Positions 18,998 to 30,265 are shown, counted from the stretch's first letter. The stretch: DNA of 64,000 nt from an uncultured Ignavibacteria bacterium (GCA_964415885.1 CAYQCE010000004.1:35128-99127), one strand, 5' to 3'. Notes: generated by a model not told the origin, from the sequence alone. Numbers and translations: made by a program.

Positions 18998-19687
18998 TTA
19001 CTTGCCGGAGCAGGATAAACCTGCCTTCGTCTCGGCACCGGCAGATGCATTCGAGACCTTCGCATTGCCGTTACCGTCGGCAAAGCTCTTCAACTCTTCA
19101 GCACTGTAAGCGCCTTCCTGCGCATGATATCCGGCGTTCTCGATTGCCTTGACGATATCATTCGAGGAGCACTTCTCACTGTCAAAATCGACATCGGCAA
19201 TGCCGCTCTTGTGGCAGACGCCTACCGAACGTACGCCTTCGACTTTCTTGATGGCTTCAGCGACCTGGGCCTCACAGCCACTGCAGACCATGTAGGCAAC
19301 ACCAAAGAGCGTGTGGGCGCTGGCCGGGGTGGCGGCAGATGTAGTCACGCTGGCACCCTTGTCCATGCAGCAAGCCTTGGCGGAAGCAGTGGTGGCTCTC
19401 GCGCCGGGGCACGGCATATCGCACGGCTTGCTGCAGTCCTTTGCCTTGTCCGCGCTGGCAGTTGTGGTCTTCACGCCGTCACAGGACTTTGCGCTGGCGT
19501 CCCTTACGCTCGCCCTGGCATGATCGCCACAATTCGTTCCACCAGCATTGGCCTTGATTACCTCGGCCTTGTCGGCGCGAGCGGTCTTAGTCTTGTCGCC
19601 ACAAGCATAGCCCGTTGCGGGCGCCATTGCAAATGCGACCAGCGCGAAAATTGCGACCATTGCTGTCAAACCACGATGAAGTCTCAT
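18998..19687 (-). CDS. Secreted Cys-rich protein with a C-terminal heavy-metal-associated (HMA) domain
   Basis: Start at ATG 19687, preceded by GGAGGGAG. Signal peptide MRLHRGLTAMVAIFALVAFAMA. HMA core GVAYMVCSGCEAQVAEAIKKVEGV (MxCxxC). Several further Cys lie in the linker. Confidence 0.8.
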   Translation of the reverse strand: MRLHRGLTAMVAIFALVAFAMAPATGYACGDKTKTARADKAEVIKANAGGTNCGDHARASVRDASAKSCDGVKTTTASADKAKDCSKPCDMPCPGARATTASAKACCMDKGASVTTSAATPASAHTLFGVAYMVCSGCEAQVAEAIKKVEGVRSVGVCHKSGIADVDFDSEKCSSNDIVKAIENAGYHAQEGAYSAEELKSFADGNGNAKVSNASAGAETKAGLSCSGK

Positions 19688-19879
19688 GTTCTCCCTCCGA
19701 TGAGTTTGAGTTATAAAAACCAACTATCTTCTAAACAAATCTTCTGTTCAGTTTTACGGTTTCGTTCGTCAATCAGTAACGACGACTAACTTTGTCCTCT
19801 TTGTATTACGTTAAACCAATCCCATTCGGATTAGTTCCGTTAAATTTCTGTAATGTAAGAGGATAAATCGATCCGAGAA

Positions 19880-20428
19880 TCAGCCTTTCCTGGAAACAAA
19901 CTCGTTGTAATCCATCTCCTGATAGGCTGACGTGCTAATGAACTCAAGAGCATTCTTGAACGTTGAGGCCTCCTGGTATCCAGGCAGCGGAGCCAGGCTC
20001 GTTCCATCCGGCTTCAGGAATATCATAGTGGGATAGCCGGTTACCTTGTACGATCTGGTCAAATCCCTCTCAGATATCTCCAGGACCTCTCCGTCGGTAT
20101 TGGTCACCTTGACCTTCTCTCGCGAATCGCCGTCAACTTTCGCGAGCACAAAACCGCTGGCCATAAGCCGGATCACTTCCGGGTCCTTGAAAGTCGTCTT
20201 ATTCATCTTCTTGCAGAAAGTGCACCAACTCGTTGTGAAATAGACCAGCACATGCTTCTGCTCCTGCTCGGCTGTTTCGAGCGCAGTATCGTACTTCAGC
20301 CAGTTCAACTCGGTGGGCACCTCGCCGGCTTTGCCCTCGGTCTTCTTGTCAGCGGTCTGACCAATAGCGAGAACCACAAGGCTGATAACCATAGCTGCAG
20401 CGAGCATTATGAGGATTGTCTTCTTCAT
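19880..20428 (-). CDS. Membrane-anchored/secreted thioredoxin-fold protein (CxxC)
   Basis: Start at ATG 20428 (MKKTILIMLAAAMVISL) after GGGAGA. The VLVYFTTSWCTFCKKM motif resembles the periplasmic thioredoxin / DsbD-C-like family. Confidence 0.8.
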   Translation of the reverse strand: MKKTILIMLAAAMVISLVVLAIGQTADKKTEGKAGEVPTELNWLKYDTALETAEQEQKHVLVYFTTSWCTFCKKMNKTTFKDPEVIRLMASGFVLAKVDGDSREKVKVTNTDGEVLEISERDLTRSYKVTGYPTMIFLKPDGTSLAPLPGYQEASTFKNALEFISTSAYQEMDYNEFVSRKG

Positions 20429-20544
20429 TATTGATCTCCCGGCCTGCTTATTTCTGGAGTACGTCTTATCGGTGATTCCGCTCGTAAATGTATGCAAAAT
20501 CCCTGATAAATCAACACATATTTAATCTTATAACACTAATCCGG

Positions 20545-23500
20545 CTACACGGTTCCGTTATGATTGCGTGAGGACGTAACCTCCCAGCGGACCGCTCCGG
20601 CCCCGAGGATTTCAGTCAGTTTTCGTGTAAGTCCGGGCCGCGCTGAGGCTTTCAGCTTCTCAGTTTTCAGCACAACGCGCTCAGTACCGGTGTTCAAAAT
20701 AAACTCAACTTCGGCCGAACCGGGATTCTGTTCGAGAACCTCCTCGATCTTCTCGAGCCGACCTCCATTGAAATTCGGGCCGCGCATGCTGAGTTTGAGC
20801 GTAAGCTCCGCCCCCTCCGAAAGCTCAGAGAGAGTCTGTATCTTGTCTGCGGTCACGGTAGCCTTGTCGTCCTCCCGCTTCGAGACCTTGCCCGACACCA
20901 TCACCATCGACTCGGTCTCGAGGATTTCTTTTGTTTTCTCGAACAGTGCCGAGAAGACGAGAATGTCGGTCTGACCGGCGAAATCCTCGATTGTGACGAA
21001 CGCCATCTTACGACCCTTCTTGTCCCAGATGATACGCAACTGGCTCACAATCCCGCCGATCGAGACTCCGGCCCCATCCGGAAATTCGCTTAGAGTCTCG
21101 GACGTCGTCGACGCATAGGCAGTCATCAATGTACGATAGGTTTCAAGCGGGTGCCCGGATACATAGAAGCCAAGAAGGTCCTTTTCGTTTCGGAGAGTCG
21201 ACATCTTGTCCCACTTCTCGGCCGGTCTGAGATCCGGCTCAACGACCGCGATATTATTGTCGGCTTCCCCGAACAGACTCGCCTGGTCCTTATTTGCGCG
21301 CGAGGATTGTCTCGCCTGCCCGAATTTAAGAGCGTCCTCAATCGAAGCGAACAGCTGGGATCGGTGCCCCGGTAGCGACTCGCAGGCACCCGCCTTGATC
21401 AGTGAGTCGAGCATCCGTCTGTTCATCGCGTGCAAATCCACTCGCGACACAAAATCGAACAGCGACTTGAATTCGCCGTCCTCATCGCGGGTCTTGAGAA
21501 TCTTCTCGATCGCGCCTTTACCCACGTTCTTGATCGCACCGAGGCCGAACCGAATCTTGTCGTCCTCGACCGTAAACTCGGTGCGGCTATAGTTGATATC
21601 GGGCGGCAGAACTTCGATCCCTATATTCTTGCATTCCTCCATCAGAGTTATGATTCGGTCGGTGTTGCCCATCTCAGATGTCATCGACGCCGCCATGAAC
21701 TCCCTCGGATAGTGTGTCTTGAGATACGCCGTTTGATAGGCGAGATAGGAATAGCCGGCAGCGTGTGATTTGTTGAACCCATACCTGGCGAATGTCTCTA
21801 TCTGGTGAAACACATCCGCCGCGACGTCGTCCGGGACATCATTCTCCGTGCAACCGGCGAGGAACTTCTTTTTCTGCTCCTCCATTATCTCTTTGATCTT
21901 CTTACCCATCGCCTTGCGAAGGATATCGCCCTGTCCGGCGCTGTATCCCGCAAGGACCTGAGCTATCCGGATCACCTGCTCCTGATAAACTATAACACCG
22001 TAAGTCTCTTCGAGAATCGGCTCAAGAGAAGGATGGCTGTACTTCACTTCCTCCCGGCCATGCTTGCGATTGATGTAATTATCGATCGTGCCCGCATCCA
22101 GTGGTCCGGGACGATAGAGCGCGTTCATTGCGATCAGGTCGGTCAGGTCTTCCGGATGTAGCTTCCGCAAATAATCTCGCATACCGCTCGACTCAAACTG
22201 GAAAATGCCAACAGTCTTCCCTTCGCCGAAAAGCTGATAGACTTCCTTGTCGTCGAGTGGTATTTCATCCAGATCGATCTCGACACCGTGATTCTCACGG
22301 ATCATCTTCAGCGTGTCATCCACGACAGTCAGCGTCCGCAGCCCAAGAAAGTCCATCTTCAGAAGCCCGATTTCGTCGATGCACTTCATGTCGTACTGCG
22401 TCGTTATTTCATCCCCCCTGGAGGCCTTAAACAACGGTACATACTCCGTCAGCGGCTTCGGGGCAATAACCACACCGGCTGCATGCGTCGAGGCGTGCCG
22501 TGCGAGACCCTCCAACGTCTGAGACTTCTCCACGAGCTCCCGCGCGGCCTCGCTTTCCTCCATCAGGCGTTTGAGTTCCGGCTCGTTCTCGAGCGCGCCG
22601 GATATGGTCTGTCCCGGTCCCGCAGGAATCATCTTCGCGATTTTGTCCACGTCGGCATACGGAATCTGCATCACTCGACCAACATCTCGTATCGACTGAC
22701 GTGCCGCCATTGTGCCGAATGTTATGATCTGGCAGACATTCTTCTCGCCGTACTTCCGGATCACATAGTCGATTACTTTCTCACGGCCACGGTCGGCAAA
22801 ATCGATATCTATATCGGGCAGCGAGATTCTCTCGGGATTGAGAAACCGCTCAAAAATCAAACCGTATTTCATCGGGTCGAGATTCACGATACCGAGGCAA
22901 TACGACACAAGTGAGCCCGTGGCGGACCCTCTGCCGGGTCCAACCGGGATTCCCTGGCTTCTGGCATAATCGGTGAAGTCCTTTACGATCAGAAAATACC
23001 CCGAGTAGCCCATCTTGATAATAACATCCAGTTCAAATTCGAGTCGCTGCTTCAGCTCGTCCGTGATATCATCATATCTGCGCTTCAGTCCCTCGTATGC
23101 CTCATGCCGGAGATATTCATCGAGGTCCGTAAACTCGCCGGGCAAAGGGAACTCCGGCAGATGGTTCTTGCCGAGCTCGAGATCGAAGTTGCACATCTCG
23201 GTAATCCGCAGAGTATTTTCGATCGCCTCCGGGTACGCTCCGAACAGCTCTTTCATCTCCTCGGGCGTCTTTACGTAGATTTGGTCGGTCTCATACTTCA
23301 TCCGGTCGGTGTCGGAGAGGAACTTGCCGGTCTGAATACACAGCAGGGCGTCGTGCGCCTCGGAGTCCTTCTGGTGCAGGTAGTGGCAGTCGTTTGTTCC
23401 AACGAGACCTATGCCGAGCTTCTTCGAGAGACGAATGAGCCTCTCCTTGTTGCGTTTCTCGAGATCAAGTCCATGGTCCTGGATCTCGATGAAGAAATTC

Positions 23501-24018
23501 TCTTTGCCGAACATATCAGCGAATGTCTTTGCGAGGTGCTCCGCGGTCCTGGTGTCGTTGTCAATGAGCGCACTCGATATCTCACCTTTCAGGCATGCCG
23601 AAGTCGCAATCAAACCGTCGGCGTGCTCCTTGAGCAGCTTCTTGTCTACACGCGGTCGATGGTAGAAGCCGTCGATATAGGCTTTCGACACGAGCTTGAC
23701 GAGATTACGATATCCGGTGTCGTTCTTGACAAGGAGGATCATGTGATACCCGGAGCTCGGCTTCCCGGGGATCGGCTCTTTGTACGTGTGCTCCCGCGGT
23801 GCAACATATATCTCGCAGCCGATTATTGGCTTAACACCTTCCTCTTTCGCCTTCTTATAGAATTCCACCGCTCCGAACATATTTCCGTGATCGGTTATCG
23901 CCACGGCGGGCATATTCTGCTCATGAACTAACTTCACGAACTGATCAATGCGGCATGCGCCATCCAGAAGCGAGTATTGGGTGTGATTATGCAGATGTAC
24001 GAAATCGGCTGTGCTCAT
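20545..24018 (-). CDS. dnaE: DNA polymerase III alpha subunit
   Basis: 1157 aa. PHP domain start FVHLHNHTQYSLLDGA, polymerase core and OB-fold C-terminus. Confidence 0.97.
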   Translation of the reverse strand: MSTADFVHLHNHTQYSLLDGACRIDQFVKLVHEQNMPAVAITDHGNMFGAVEFYKKAKEEGVKPIIGCEIYVAPREHTYKEPIPGKPSSGYHMILLVKNDTGYRNLVKLVSKAYIDGFYHRPRVDKKLLKEHADGLIATSACLKGEISSALIDNDTRTAEHLAKTFADMFGKENFFIEIQDHGLDLEKRNKERLIRLSKKLGIGLVGTNDCHYLHQKDSEAHDALLCIQTGKFLSDTDRMKYETDQIYVKTPEEMKELFGAYPEAIENTLRITEMCNFDLELGKNHLPEFPLPGEFTDLDEYLRHEAYEGLKRRYDDITDELKQRLEFELDVIIKMGYSGYFLIVKDFTDYARSQGIPVGPGRGSATGSLVSYCLGIVNLDPMKYGLIFERFLNPERISLPDIDIDFADRGREKVIDYVIRKYGEKNVCQIITFGTMAARQSIRDVGRVMQIPYADVDKIAKMIPAGPGQTISGALENEPELKRLMEESEAARELVEKSQTLEGLARHASTHAAGVVIAPKPLTEYVPLFKASRGDEITTQYDMKCIDEIGLLKMDFLGLRTLTVVDDTLKMIRENHGVEIDLDEIPLDDKEVYQLFGEGKTVGIFQFESSGMRDYLRKLHPEDLTDLIAMNALYRPGPLDAGTIDNYINRKHGREEVKYSHPSLEPILEETYGVIVYQEQVIRIAQVLAGYSAGQGDILRKAMGKKIKEIMEEQKKKFLAGCTENDVPDDVAADVFHQIETFARYGFNKSHAAGYSYLAYQTAYLKTHYPREFMAASMTSEMGNTDRIITLMEECKNIGIEVLPPDINYSRTEFTVEDDKIRFGLGAIKNVGKGAIEKILKTRDEDGEFKSLFDFVSRVDLHAMNRRMLDSLIKAGACESLPGHRSQLFASIEDALKFGQARQSSRANKDQASLFGEADNNIAVVEPDLRPAEKWDKMSTLRNEKDLLGFYVSGHPLETYRTLMTAYASTTSETLSEFPDGAGVSIGGIVSQLRIIWDKKGRKMAFVTIEDFAGQTDILVFSALFEKTKEILETESMVMVSGKVSKREDDKATVTADKIQTLSELSEGAELTLKLSMRGPNFNGGRLEKIEEVLEQNPGSAEVEFILNTGTERVVLKTEKLKASARPGLTRKLTEILGAGAVRWEVTSSRNHNGTV

Positions 24019-25145
24019 TGCTCGTCGTCCTCTGCCTCTCTTGCTTGTCGTTCCTTGAGCAACCTGACTGTCTCGAGCGCCTGATGGACCTCCCGTATCG
24101 TGGAGTCCAGCTCAATCGCACGCTCGTATTTTGCTATTGCTTCATCGAATTTCCCAACGCCCGCCTGAGCGTTCCCCCACCCTATGTATAACGGTGCGTC
24201 GTCGCTGTTCAATTGCGATGCTCTCTCGAATACCTCTGCCGCTCTTCCCGGCTCTCCGACCAGGTTGAGTGTGAAACCGAGATTGAGGTACGCTTCGAAG
24301 AATGTCGAATCAAGCTCTATCGCCTGCGAAAACGCTCTGCGTGCCTTGCTGTAAAGCGCTCGATCGAAATACCCCACACCCTCCCGCATCAGCTTGTGGA
24401 GCTGCATCTCGACAGAGAGGCTGTCGAACTGCGCGAGGCCGTCCTGCACCATAACATTTTCAGGATCACGCTCGGCGGCGAGTTGATAGTAATGCTTCGC
24501 GCTGTCAAGATCACCGGAAGCGAAATACATGCTTGCCAAGGTAATCAGCGTCTGAACCCTCATCGGATCAAGACTCAGAGCCTTGTAAGCGTGCTGGAAT
24601 CCAACCTCGGGGCTCTCTGCCAACGCCTTGACCAGAGCAAGATTCGCCTCGATTATCGGGCTGTTCGGAAATCTCCCGGCGGCAGCCTCGATTACGCTAT
24701 TCGCTTCCTCCACACGTCCCATACCTCGCAGTATCACCGACCTGTACGCCGGAATCTTGGGATTCGGGGACATCGCGACCGTATCTGCGAGATCAATATA
24801 CTGCCGGGCCTGCTCGAAATCACCCGTAAGCCAGCCAATTCTCGCCAGTTCAAGGTACGCCTCGGTGTACATCTGGTCTTTCCCTATAATCTGCATTAGC
24901 GCCTGCGCGGCCGTGCCGAGGTTTCCGCTGCGTATTGACACATCCGCCAGCCCCATCAGCGCCTCGAGATTCGATTCGTCGACGCTGTACGCCTCCCGAT
25001 ATGCCTCTGCGGCCGCATCCAGATCGCCCGCGTAATCGAGCGAATCGGCGCGATCCATGTACTCCCCGGCTACTACAACACCTACGAGAAGGAGCAGCAG
25101 ACCGAGCGGCGCCAAAACCAATATCGAACGTCTCATCTCCACCAT
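24015..25145 (-). CDS. TPR-repeat protein with N-terminal membrane anchor/signal
   Basis: 376 aa. Repeated 34-aa A/Y/L-patterned units throughout. The stop overlaps the dnaE start by 4 nt. Confidence 0.8.
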   Translation of the reverse strand: MVEMRRSILVLAPLGLLLLLVGVVVAGEYMDRADSLDYAGDLDAAAEAYREAYSVDESNLEALMGLADVSIRSGNLGTAAQALMQIIGKDQMYTEAYLELARIGWLTGDFEQARQYIDLADTVAMSPNPKIPAYRSVILRGMGRVEEANSVIEAAAGRFPNSPIIEANLALVKALAESPEVGFQHAYKALSLDPMRVQTLITLASMYFASGDLDSAKHYYQLAAERDPENVMVQDGLAQFDSLSVEMQLHKLMREGVGYFDRALYSKARRAFSQAIELDSTFFEAYLNLGFTLNLVGEPGRAAEVFERASQLNSDDAPLYIGWGNAQAGVGKFDEAIAKYERAIELDSTIREVHQALETVRLLKERQAREAEDDEQ

Positions 25146-25837
25146 CCGGCCTCCTGAACTCGTGGAGCCCTGCCCACAAAGAACTTGAAAATCAACAGTC
25201 CGAACACGAATCCTCCGATGTGAGCGAACCAGGCCACTCCCCCACCTCCTTTTCCACCACCGAGCGCCGGGAGGCCGTTCATTAACTGCAGAAAGAACCA
25301 GAACCCGAGGACAAAAAGCGCAGGAATCCGGGCGATCCGTATGAAGTAGAGTATGAATATCACGGTATGTATACGTGCGTGCGGATACGACACTATATAG
25401 GCTCCGAGAATGCCCGCAATCGCTCCGGAAGCCCCCACCATCGGCACTGTGCCGTCCATATCTGTCAGGATAAATGTGGACGCCGCGGCGACACCGGCCC
25501 CAAGGTAGAACAGCACGAATTTGACCCTGCCAAGTCGGTCTTCGATGTTATTTCCGAAGATCCAGAGATAGAGCATATTGCCGCCCAGGTGAAACAGCCC
25601 GCCGTGCATGAACATACTGGTGAAGAGATTTATCCAGGGCGAGGTGGCCATATAAGGCGTCATCTCTTGCCCTGTAGTCAGTTCCGCGGGAATCAGTCCC
25701 CATTTAACGGTGAAAAGTTGATACCCCTCACTCCCGAGCGTAAGCTCGTAAAGATATACAAGACAATTGATTACTATTAGCGCGATAGTAACAACCGGTT
25801 TCCGCCGAGTCGGGATGTCATCCTTTATCGGAATCAT
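25133..25837 (-). CDS. Rhomboid-family intramembrane serine protease
   Basis: 234 aa. GASGAIAGILGAY (catalytic Ser) and HIGGFVFG (catalytic His) within a polytopic membrane protein. Confidence 0.9.
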   Translation of the reverse strand: MIPIKDDIPTRRKPVVTIALIVINCLVYLYELTLGSEGYQLFTVKWGLIPAELTTGQEMTPYMATSPWINLFTSMFMHGGLFHLGGNMLYLWIFGNNIEDRLGRVKFVLFYLGAGVAAASTFILTDMDGTVPMVGASGAIAGILGAYIVSYPHARIHTVIFILYFIRIARIPALFVLGFWFFLQLMNGLPALGGGKGGGGVAWFAHIGGFVFGLLIFKFFVGRAPRVQEAGWWR

Positions 25838-25934
25838 GTTTGCCCACCACTATTCAAGAAAATCCAGCCTTTGTCAATTTAGGGGAGACCCCTCGGACAA
25901 CACAATCAAAAAACTGAATCGGACATCGAATCTG

Positions 25935-28220
25935 TCACGGACGGTATGTAAATGTCGAACTGTGAGAGGTCTTGTTGCCAACTTTGTCGTACACGGTAAT
26001 GTTCAGAACATGATGCCCCGCCTTCAGTTCCTGGCTCGAATAGGTAACCATCCACTTCGTCTCGGGATCATACTCAGGAATCGCCCAGACGCCATCGACT
26101 TCGACCAGAACATCCCTGTCATCGCCGATACCGGCGAGGTTGTCATCAAGCATGAACGTAATCTTCGGTCTCTTGCTCCGCACCAGGCCACCGTCTCTGG
26201 GCGAAACTCTCGTAATCGATGGTCCCCTCGAGTCGCGCATGAGAGCGTACGTACCCATTCTGCCGACCTTGGCTACCATCACAGTATCATTGCGAATCTC
26301 AGTCGGTACGAGACTCGGTTTGCCTTCTTCCGAGATCGAGAAAACAGCAAGCCCGGCTGTGTCCGCATCTCTCGGCAGATCGAATTCGAGATGCACGTAA
26401 TCCTCGAGGAGAAGGTCTCTCGGAGATGTAACCAGCGCAGAGACAATGCCATACTCAGAGACTCCGACAGTAACCGTGTCTATCGTTATTCCAACCGGAT
26501 GATTCAGATCTGAGCCCTCGACAATCAGCCGTCCGCTGCCGAACTGAGCTATAGATCCCGTCCCCTGACTCGGACTGACCACGAACGGACGCCCGAACTT
26601 AACGCTGATCAGGTCCGTGGTTGCCACATCTGTGGCGCCAACAAGTATCGAGGAATCCGCCGGATCGAAGAGAACATCGAGTCCGTAGCAGACACTCGCG
26701 GCTGAGGATGTCAAATCATCGAGCGCGTCAGCCAGCGCCGAGACCTCCAGCCCCAACGCCGAATACCACGATTCGACTTTTCCGCTGGCAATCGATGACA
26801 TCGGCACAGCCCCGGATGGCGCAAACACCGGCATACCGGTGTTCGACATCCGCACGATATAGTCGAAGCGCGCGCCTGAGGAACTCGCGCGCCGATCCGT
26901 TGCCGTTAACAGAATCGTTCTGCCCGCCAGATCGCGATGCGCCGAGACTTTTCCGATGTCACCTGACAGAAACTCGACTAGCTCCTGCGCCGGCGCACCC
27001 CCCACGACCGATTCGAAGCCATCTATCTGACGGTCGTAGAGAGCATAACTGTAGTTGAATCTATCGTCGATGACCGATGGACTCTCGACCACCCCATAAT
27101 CAGTAGAGACCAGTTTCGGCTGACCCCTCAATTCGATGTGAACTTCAGCCCAGGTTTCGTTTCCGCTCTCATCCTGGACGCAGATGAGCAGGACATGCTC
27201 ACCCGGTGTCAGGCCGAATTCGAACAAGCTGTCATTGACTTCGAGCCATCCGTTATTGACGGCAATATCGTTGACATGCGGAGTTTTCGCCCCGGGTAAA
27301 ACATACAGATTTCTCACGAACCTTCGTCCATCGATAGCTCGCGTATAATTCGTCTCGAGATTTACCTCCCCCCAGTGATCGAACGACAATGTATCGTAAA
27401 CGGTTGAAAAGAACGGCCGGCTCTCGTCATCTATGTACATCTCGACCTTGTGCGCCGCGTAGCTTCGCCGAGTTCCGGGCCTGAGATCAATGCAATCAAT
27501 CTCCACACCAACAGGACCGTATATGACCGTCGGTTCGAATGAGACATATCTTCCTCCCGACGATCCAAGGTCAACTTCTACTGCTTCCGCCTTTCCGGCT
27601 ATCCGAGCACGAACCGGGTCGAGGGGGCGAAAGAAGATGGACCTTACCACAGGTTCGCGCGTATCTGTCATCGATTTCGGATAGAACTGCAGCGGCGAAA
27701 GCGGCCGGCTGTCCGAGTCGCGCACTTCGAAATGGAGATGCGGGGCACCAGCACCTGTTTGGCCGGAATAAGCAACCACATCTCCCGCCTTGAACCGAAA
27801 AAGCTCCTTGGGGGGATAGAGATTCGTCATGTACCGCTTCGTTGCGAGCTGCTGCTCCTGGACATATACATTGATATCATGGGTGAACTTCTGCAGATGT
27901 GCATACACCGCCACGCGCCCGTCATCGAGCTTCAAATAGAGCGCCTTGCCGTAGCCGTCCCAGCGCGTCACTATTCGCTCGACGTGTCCATCCGAAATCG
28001 CAACACATTTGTATCCTGTTTTACCGAAAGTACGGATGTCGATCCCGGAATGAAAATGCCCCGATCGCCACTGACCGAAACCCGAGGTCAGTTCCCGCGA
28101 TTCAGGGAGCGGCCACCTGTAGCCGGACTGAGCGAATGCGCTCGATCCGATGAGCAGAATAAAAACTGCACTGACTACGATAAAAAAGCTCTGTTTTATG
28201 CCCTTCATAGCGGTACTCAC
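25935..28220 (-). CDS. Secreted M23-family metallopeptidase with a long C-terminal extension
   Basis: 761 aa. Signal peptide, HFHSGIDI (HxxxD) and HLHFEV (HxH) motifs in the first ~170 aa. The remaining ~590 aa are beta-rich and unassigned. Confidence 0.85.
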   Translation of the reverse strand: MSTAMKGIKQSFFIVVSAVFILLIGSSAFAQSGYRWPLPESRELTSGFGQWRSGHFHSGIDIRTFGKTGYKCVAISDGHVERIVTRWDGYGKALYLKLDDGRVAVYAHLQKFTHDINVYVQEQQLATKRYMTNLYPPKELFRFKAGDVVAYSGQTGAGAPHLHFEVRDSDSRPLSPLQFYPKSMTDTREPVVRSIFFRPLDPVRARIAGKAEAVEVDLGSSGGRYVSFEPTVIYGPVGVEIDCIDLRPGTRRSYAAHKVEMYIDDESRPFFSTVYDTLSFDHWGEVNLETNYTRAIDGRRFVRNLYVLPGAKTPHVNDIAVNNGWLEVNDSLFEFGLTPGEHVLLICVQDESGNETWAEVHIELRGQPKLVSTDYGVVESPSVIDDRFNYSYALYDRQIDGFESVVGGAPAQELVEFLSGDIGKVSAHRDLAGRTILLTATDRRASSSGARFDYIVRMSNTGMPVFAPSGAVPMSSIASGKVESWYSALGLEVSALADALDDLTSSAASVCYGLDVLFDPADSSILVGATDVATTDLISVKFGRPFVVSPSQGTGSIAQFGSGRLIVEGSDLNHPVGITIDTVTVGVSEYGIVSALVTSPRDLLLEDYVHLEFDLPRDADTAGLAVFSISEEGKPSLVPTEIRNDTVMVAKVGRMGTYALMRDSRGPSITRVSPRDGGLVRSKRPKITFMLDDNLAGIGDDRDVLVEVDGVWAIPEYDPETKWMVTYSSQELKAGHHVLNITVYDKVGNKTSHSSTFTYRP

Positions 28221-28401
28221 AATAGACTATCAGGCTCACGTGTCAACAATTATAATCCCTCCTCGCGCCGAATGTTCCTGCTTCAGGAACAGCACCGGAA
28301 CCGCAAAAATAGCTTGTGAAACTGCCGATTGTATATATATATAGTAGCCGTTTGTGCGAAGAATCTACGTTTTCCAATAAACCGTAAGGAGACAGCGGAA
28401 T

Positions 28402-30210
28402 ATGTTGCAGGACATGCGAAAATACACGAAGGTGGTACTATACATCGTCGTTGTCGCATTTATCGGAACGATCATCTTTGCCTGGGGCGCGGACATCACG
28501 ACCCCAAAGGGCCAGCGGGGCGTAATCGGCGAGGTTAACGGGGAAGAGATCGACTACCAGCTCTACTCACGCGTTATCGACAATTATTACGAGCAGGCTT
28601 CACGTCAGTCACAGCGCGAACTCGGTCCTGATGAGGTGCTCGAGATCAGGAATCGTGCCTGGACCGATCTCGTGAACGACATCGTATTTCGTCAGAAAGT
28701 CGATGAGCTCGGACTCGAGGTCACCAACGAGGAACTCGCCGAGCACCTGAAGCGATTCCCCCCGCAGGTGGTACAGCAGCAGCAGATATTTGTGAATGAG
28801 CAAGGCGGGTTCGACTATCAGGCCTATCTCCAGGCTATGGGAAATCCGGAGTATACCCAGTTCTGGATGCAGGTCGAGGCTATGACTCGTCCCGAAATCC
28901 GCGATTTCAAGCTGCAGGAAATTGTAATCTCGTCCGGTCGAGTTACCAATGAGGATGTTCGCCGGGAATACATCGCGAACAACGAAAAAGTCAAGTGCGA
29001 GTATGGAATAGTCCACAGAGATCAGCAGAGCGCCCCCGAACCGGACAGCGCTGCAGTAGTCGAGTACTACAATACTCACAAGGATCGTTACTATCGTCCG
29101 GCAGAGGCAGAACTCCAGTATGTGGAATTCACGAAAGAACCGTCTGAGGCCGACAAGGAGGGACTCCGCTCGCAGATAGAGATGCTCCATGACGAGGTCG
29201 AGGCCGGAGCCGACTTTGCCCAGCTCGCGCGCGATCTATCCGAGGATGGCTCCGCTGAGAACGGCGGCAATCTCGGCTGGTTCGGCAGGGGCCAGATGGT
29301 CGAAGAATTCGAAGAGGCTGCCTTTGCGCTGGAAGACTCAGGCGACGTCTCCGACCCGATCCAGACTCAGTTCGGCTGGCATATCATAATGAAAACCGGC
29401 GAACGCGAGAATGAAGATGGCGAGACCGAGATCCGTGCACGGCACATACTCCTCAAGTACAAGCCTTCAGGACAGACCGTCACCGATCTCCAAAACAAGG
29501 CGCTGAGTTTCAGAGAAACGGCCCTCAACATGGGTTTCGAGGAAGCCGCGGAGGAAATGGCGATCGAGGTGAAAAGCTCCGGGTTGTTCCGCGAGGGTAC
29601 GTACGCCGGCAAGCTGGGACAGTCACCGCGACTCGCCGAGTTTGCGTTTGACAGCAAGATCGGCAAAATATCTCAGGTATTTGAGGAGCCCGGCAGGTTT
29701 GTCGTTGCCGAGCTATCCTCCCATCACACAGCCGGAATCCAGAAGCTCGATGATGTCTTCGCCAAGGCAAAGACTGACCTGACCCAGAAAATCCTCGGCG
29801 ACAAGGCAATGGAAAAAGCTCAGAGGCTGCATGCCCAGGTTGGCGGCGGCACAGCAATGGAACAGGCATGCATCAATGTCGGCGCCGAGTACCTTATCTC
29901 GGACTTCGTCAGCAGAAGAGAACCTGTGCAGAAGATCGGAAGAGACCCGAATTTCCTCGGAACGCTCTTTACACTCTCCGAGGATGATCCACTATCCGAT
30001 CCGATAATGACAAGCAAGGGCGCGGCCGTGATTCGTTACCTTGATAAAGAGGCTCCGAATCTCGACGCGTTTACATCGGTTCAGGATTCGCTTTATCAGT
30101 CGCTCGCGACCGAGAAGCGCCAGATGGTCTATCAGGAGTGGTTCGCCGAGTTGCAGGAGAAAAACGAGATCAAGGACTACCGCGAGGAACTCTTCAACAA
30201 CAACCAGTAG
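28402..30210 (+). CDS. ppiD: Periplasmic chaperone PpiD-like (SurA-N domain plus one parvulin domain)
   Basis: 602 aa. N-terminal anchor [22 protein letters not shown]. Parvulin core [21 protein letters not shown]...FGWHIIM. Confidence 0.85.
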   Translation: MLQDMRKYTKVVLYIVVVAFIGTIIFAWGADITTPKGQRGVIGEVNGEEIDYQLYSRVIDNYYEQASRQSQRELGPDEVLEIRNRAWTDLVNDIVFRQKVDELGLEVTNEELAEHLKRFPPQVVQQQQIFVNEQGGFDYQAYLQAMGNPEYTQFWMQVEAMTRPEIRDFKLQEIVISSGRVTNEDVRREYIANNEKVKCEYGIVHRDQQSAPEPDSAAVVEYYNTHKDRYYRPAEAELQYVEFTKEPSEADKEGLRSQIEMLHDEVEAGADFAQLARDLSEDGSAENGGNLGWFGRGQMVEEFEEAAFALEDSGDVSDPIQTQFGWHIIMKTGERENEDGETEIRARHILLKYKPSGQTVTDLQNKALSFRETALNMGFEEAAEEMAIEVKSSGLFREGTYAGKLGQSPRLAEFAFDSKIGKISQVFEEPGRFVVAELSSHHTAGIQKLDDVFAKAKTDLTQKILGDKAMEKAQRLHAQVGGGTAMEQACINVGAEYLISDFVSRREPVQKIGRDPNFLGTLFTLSEDDPLSDPIMTSKGAAVIRYLDKEAPNLDAFTSVQDSLYQSLATEKRQMVYQEWFAELQEKNEIKDYREELFNNNQ

Positions 30211-30240
30211 GCACGCCCGAGCTACAGAATTGGACAATGA

Positions 30241-30265
30241 AAGCCCCGCTGATTCAGCGGGGCTT
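30241..30265. terminator. Bidirectional terminator hairpin between convergent ppiD and rng
   Basis: AAGCCCCGCTG / CAGCGGGGCTT 11-bp stem with a 3-5 nt loop, followed by T-rich sequence on both strands. Confidence 0.65.

Noticed and set aside
28332-28343. (TA)6 microsatellite in the M23/ppiD divergent promoter region
   Set aside because: It is most simply part of a -10 region (TTGTGA-16/17-TATATA) for ppiD. It is too short to call a repeat element or a phase-variation tract without population data.
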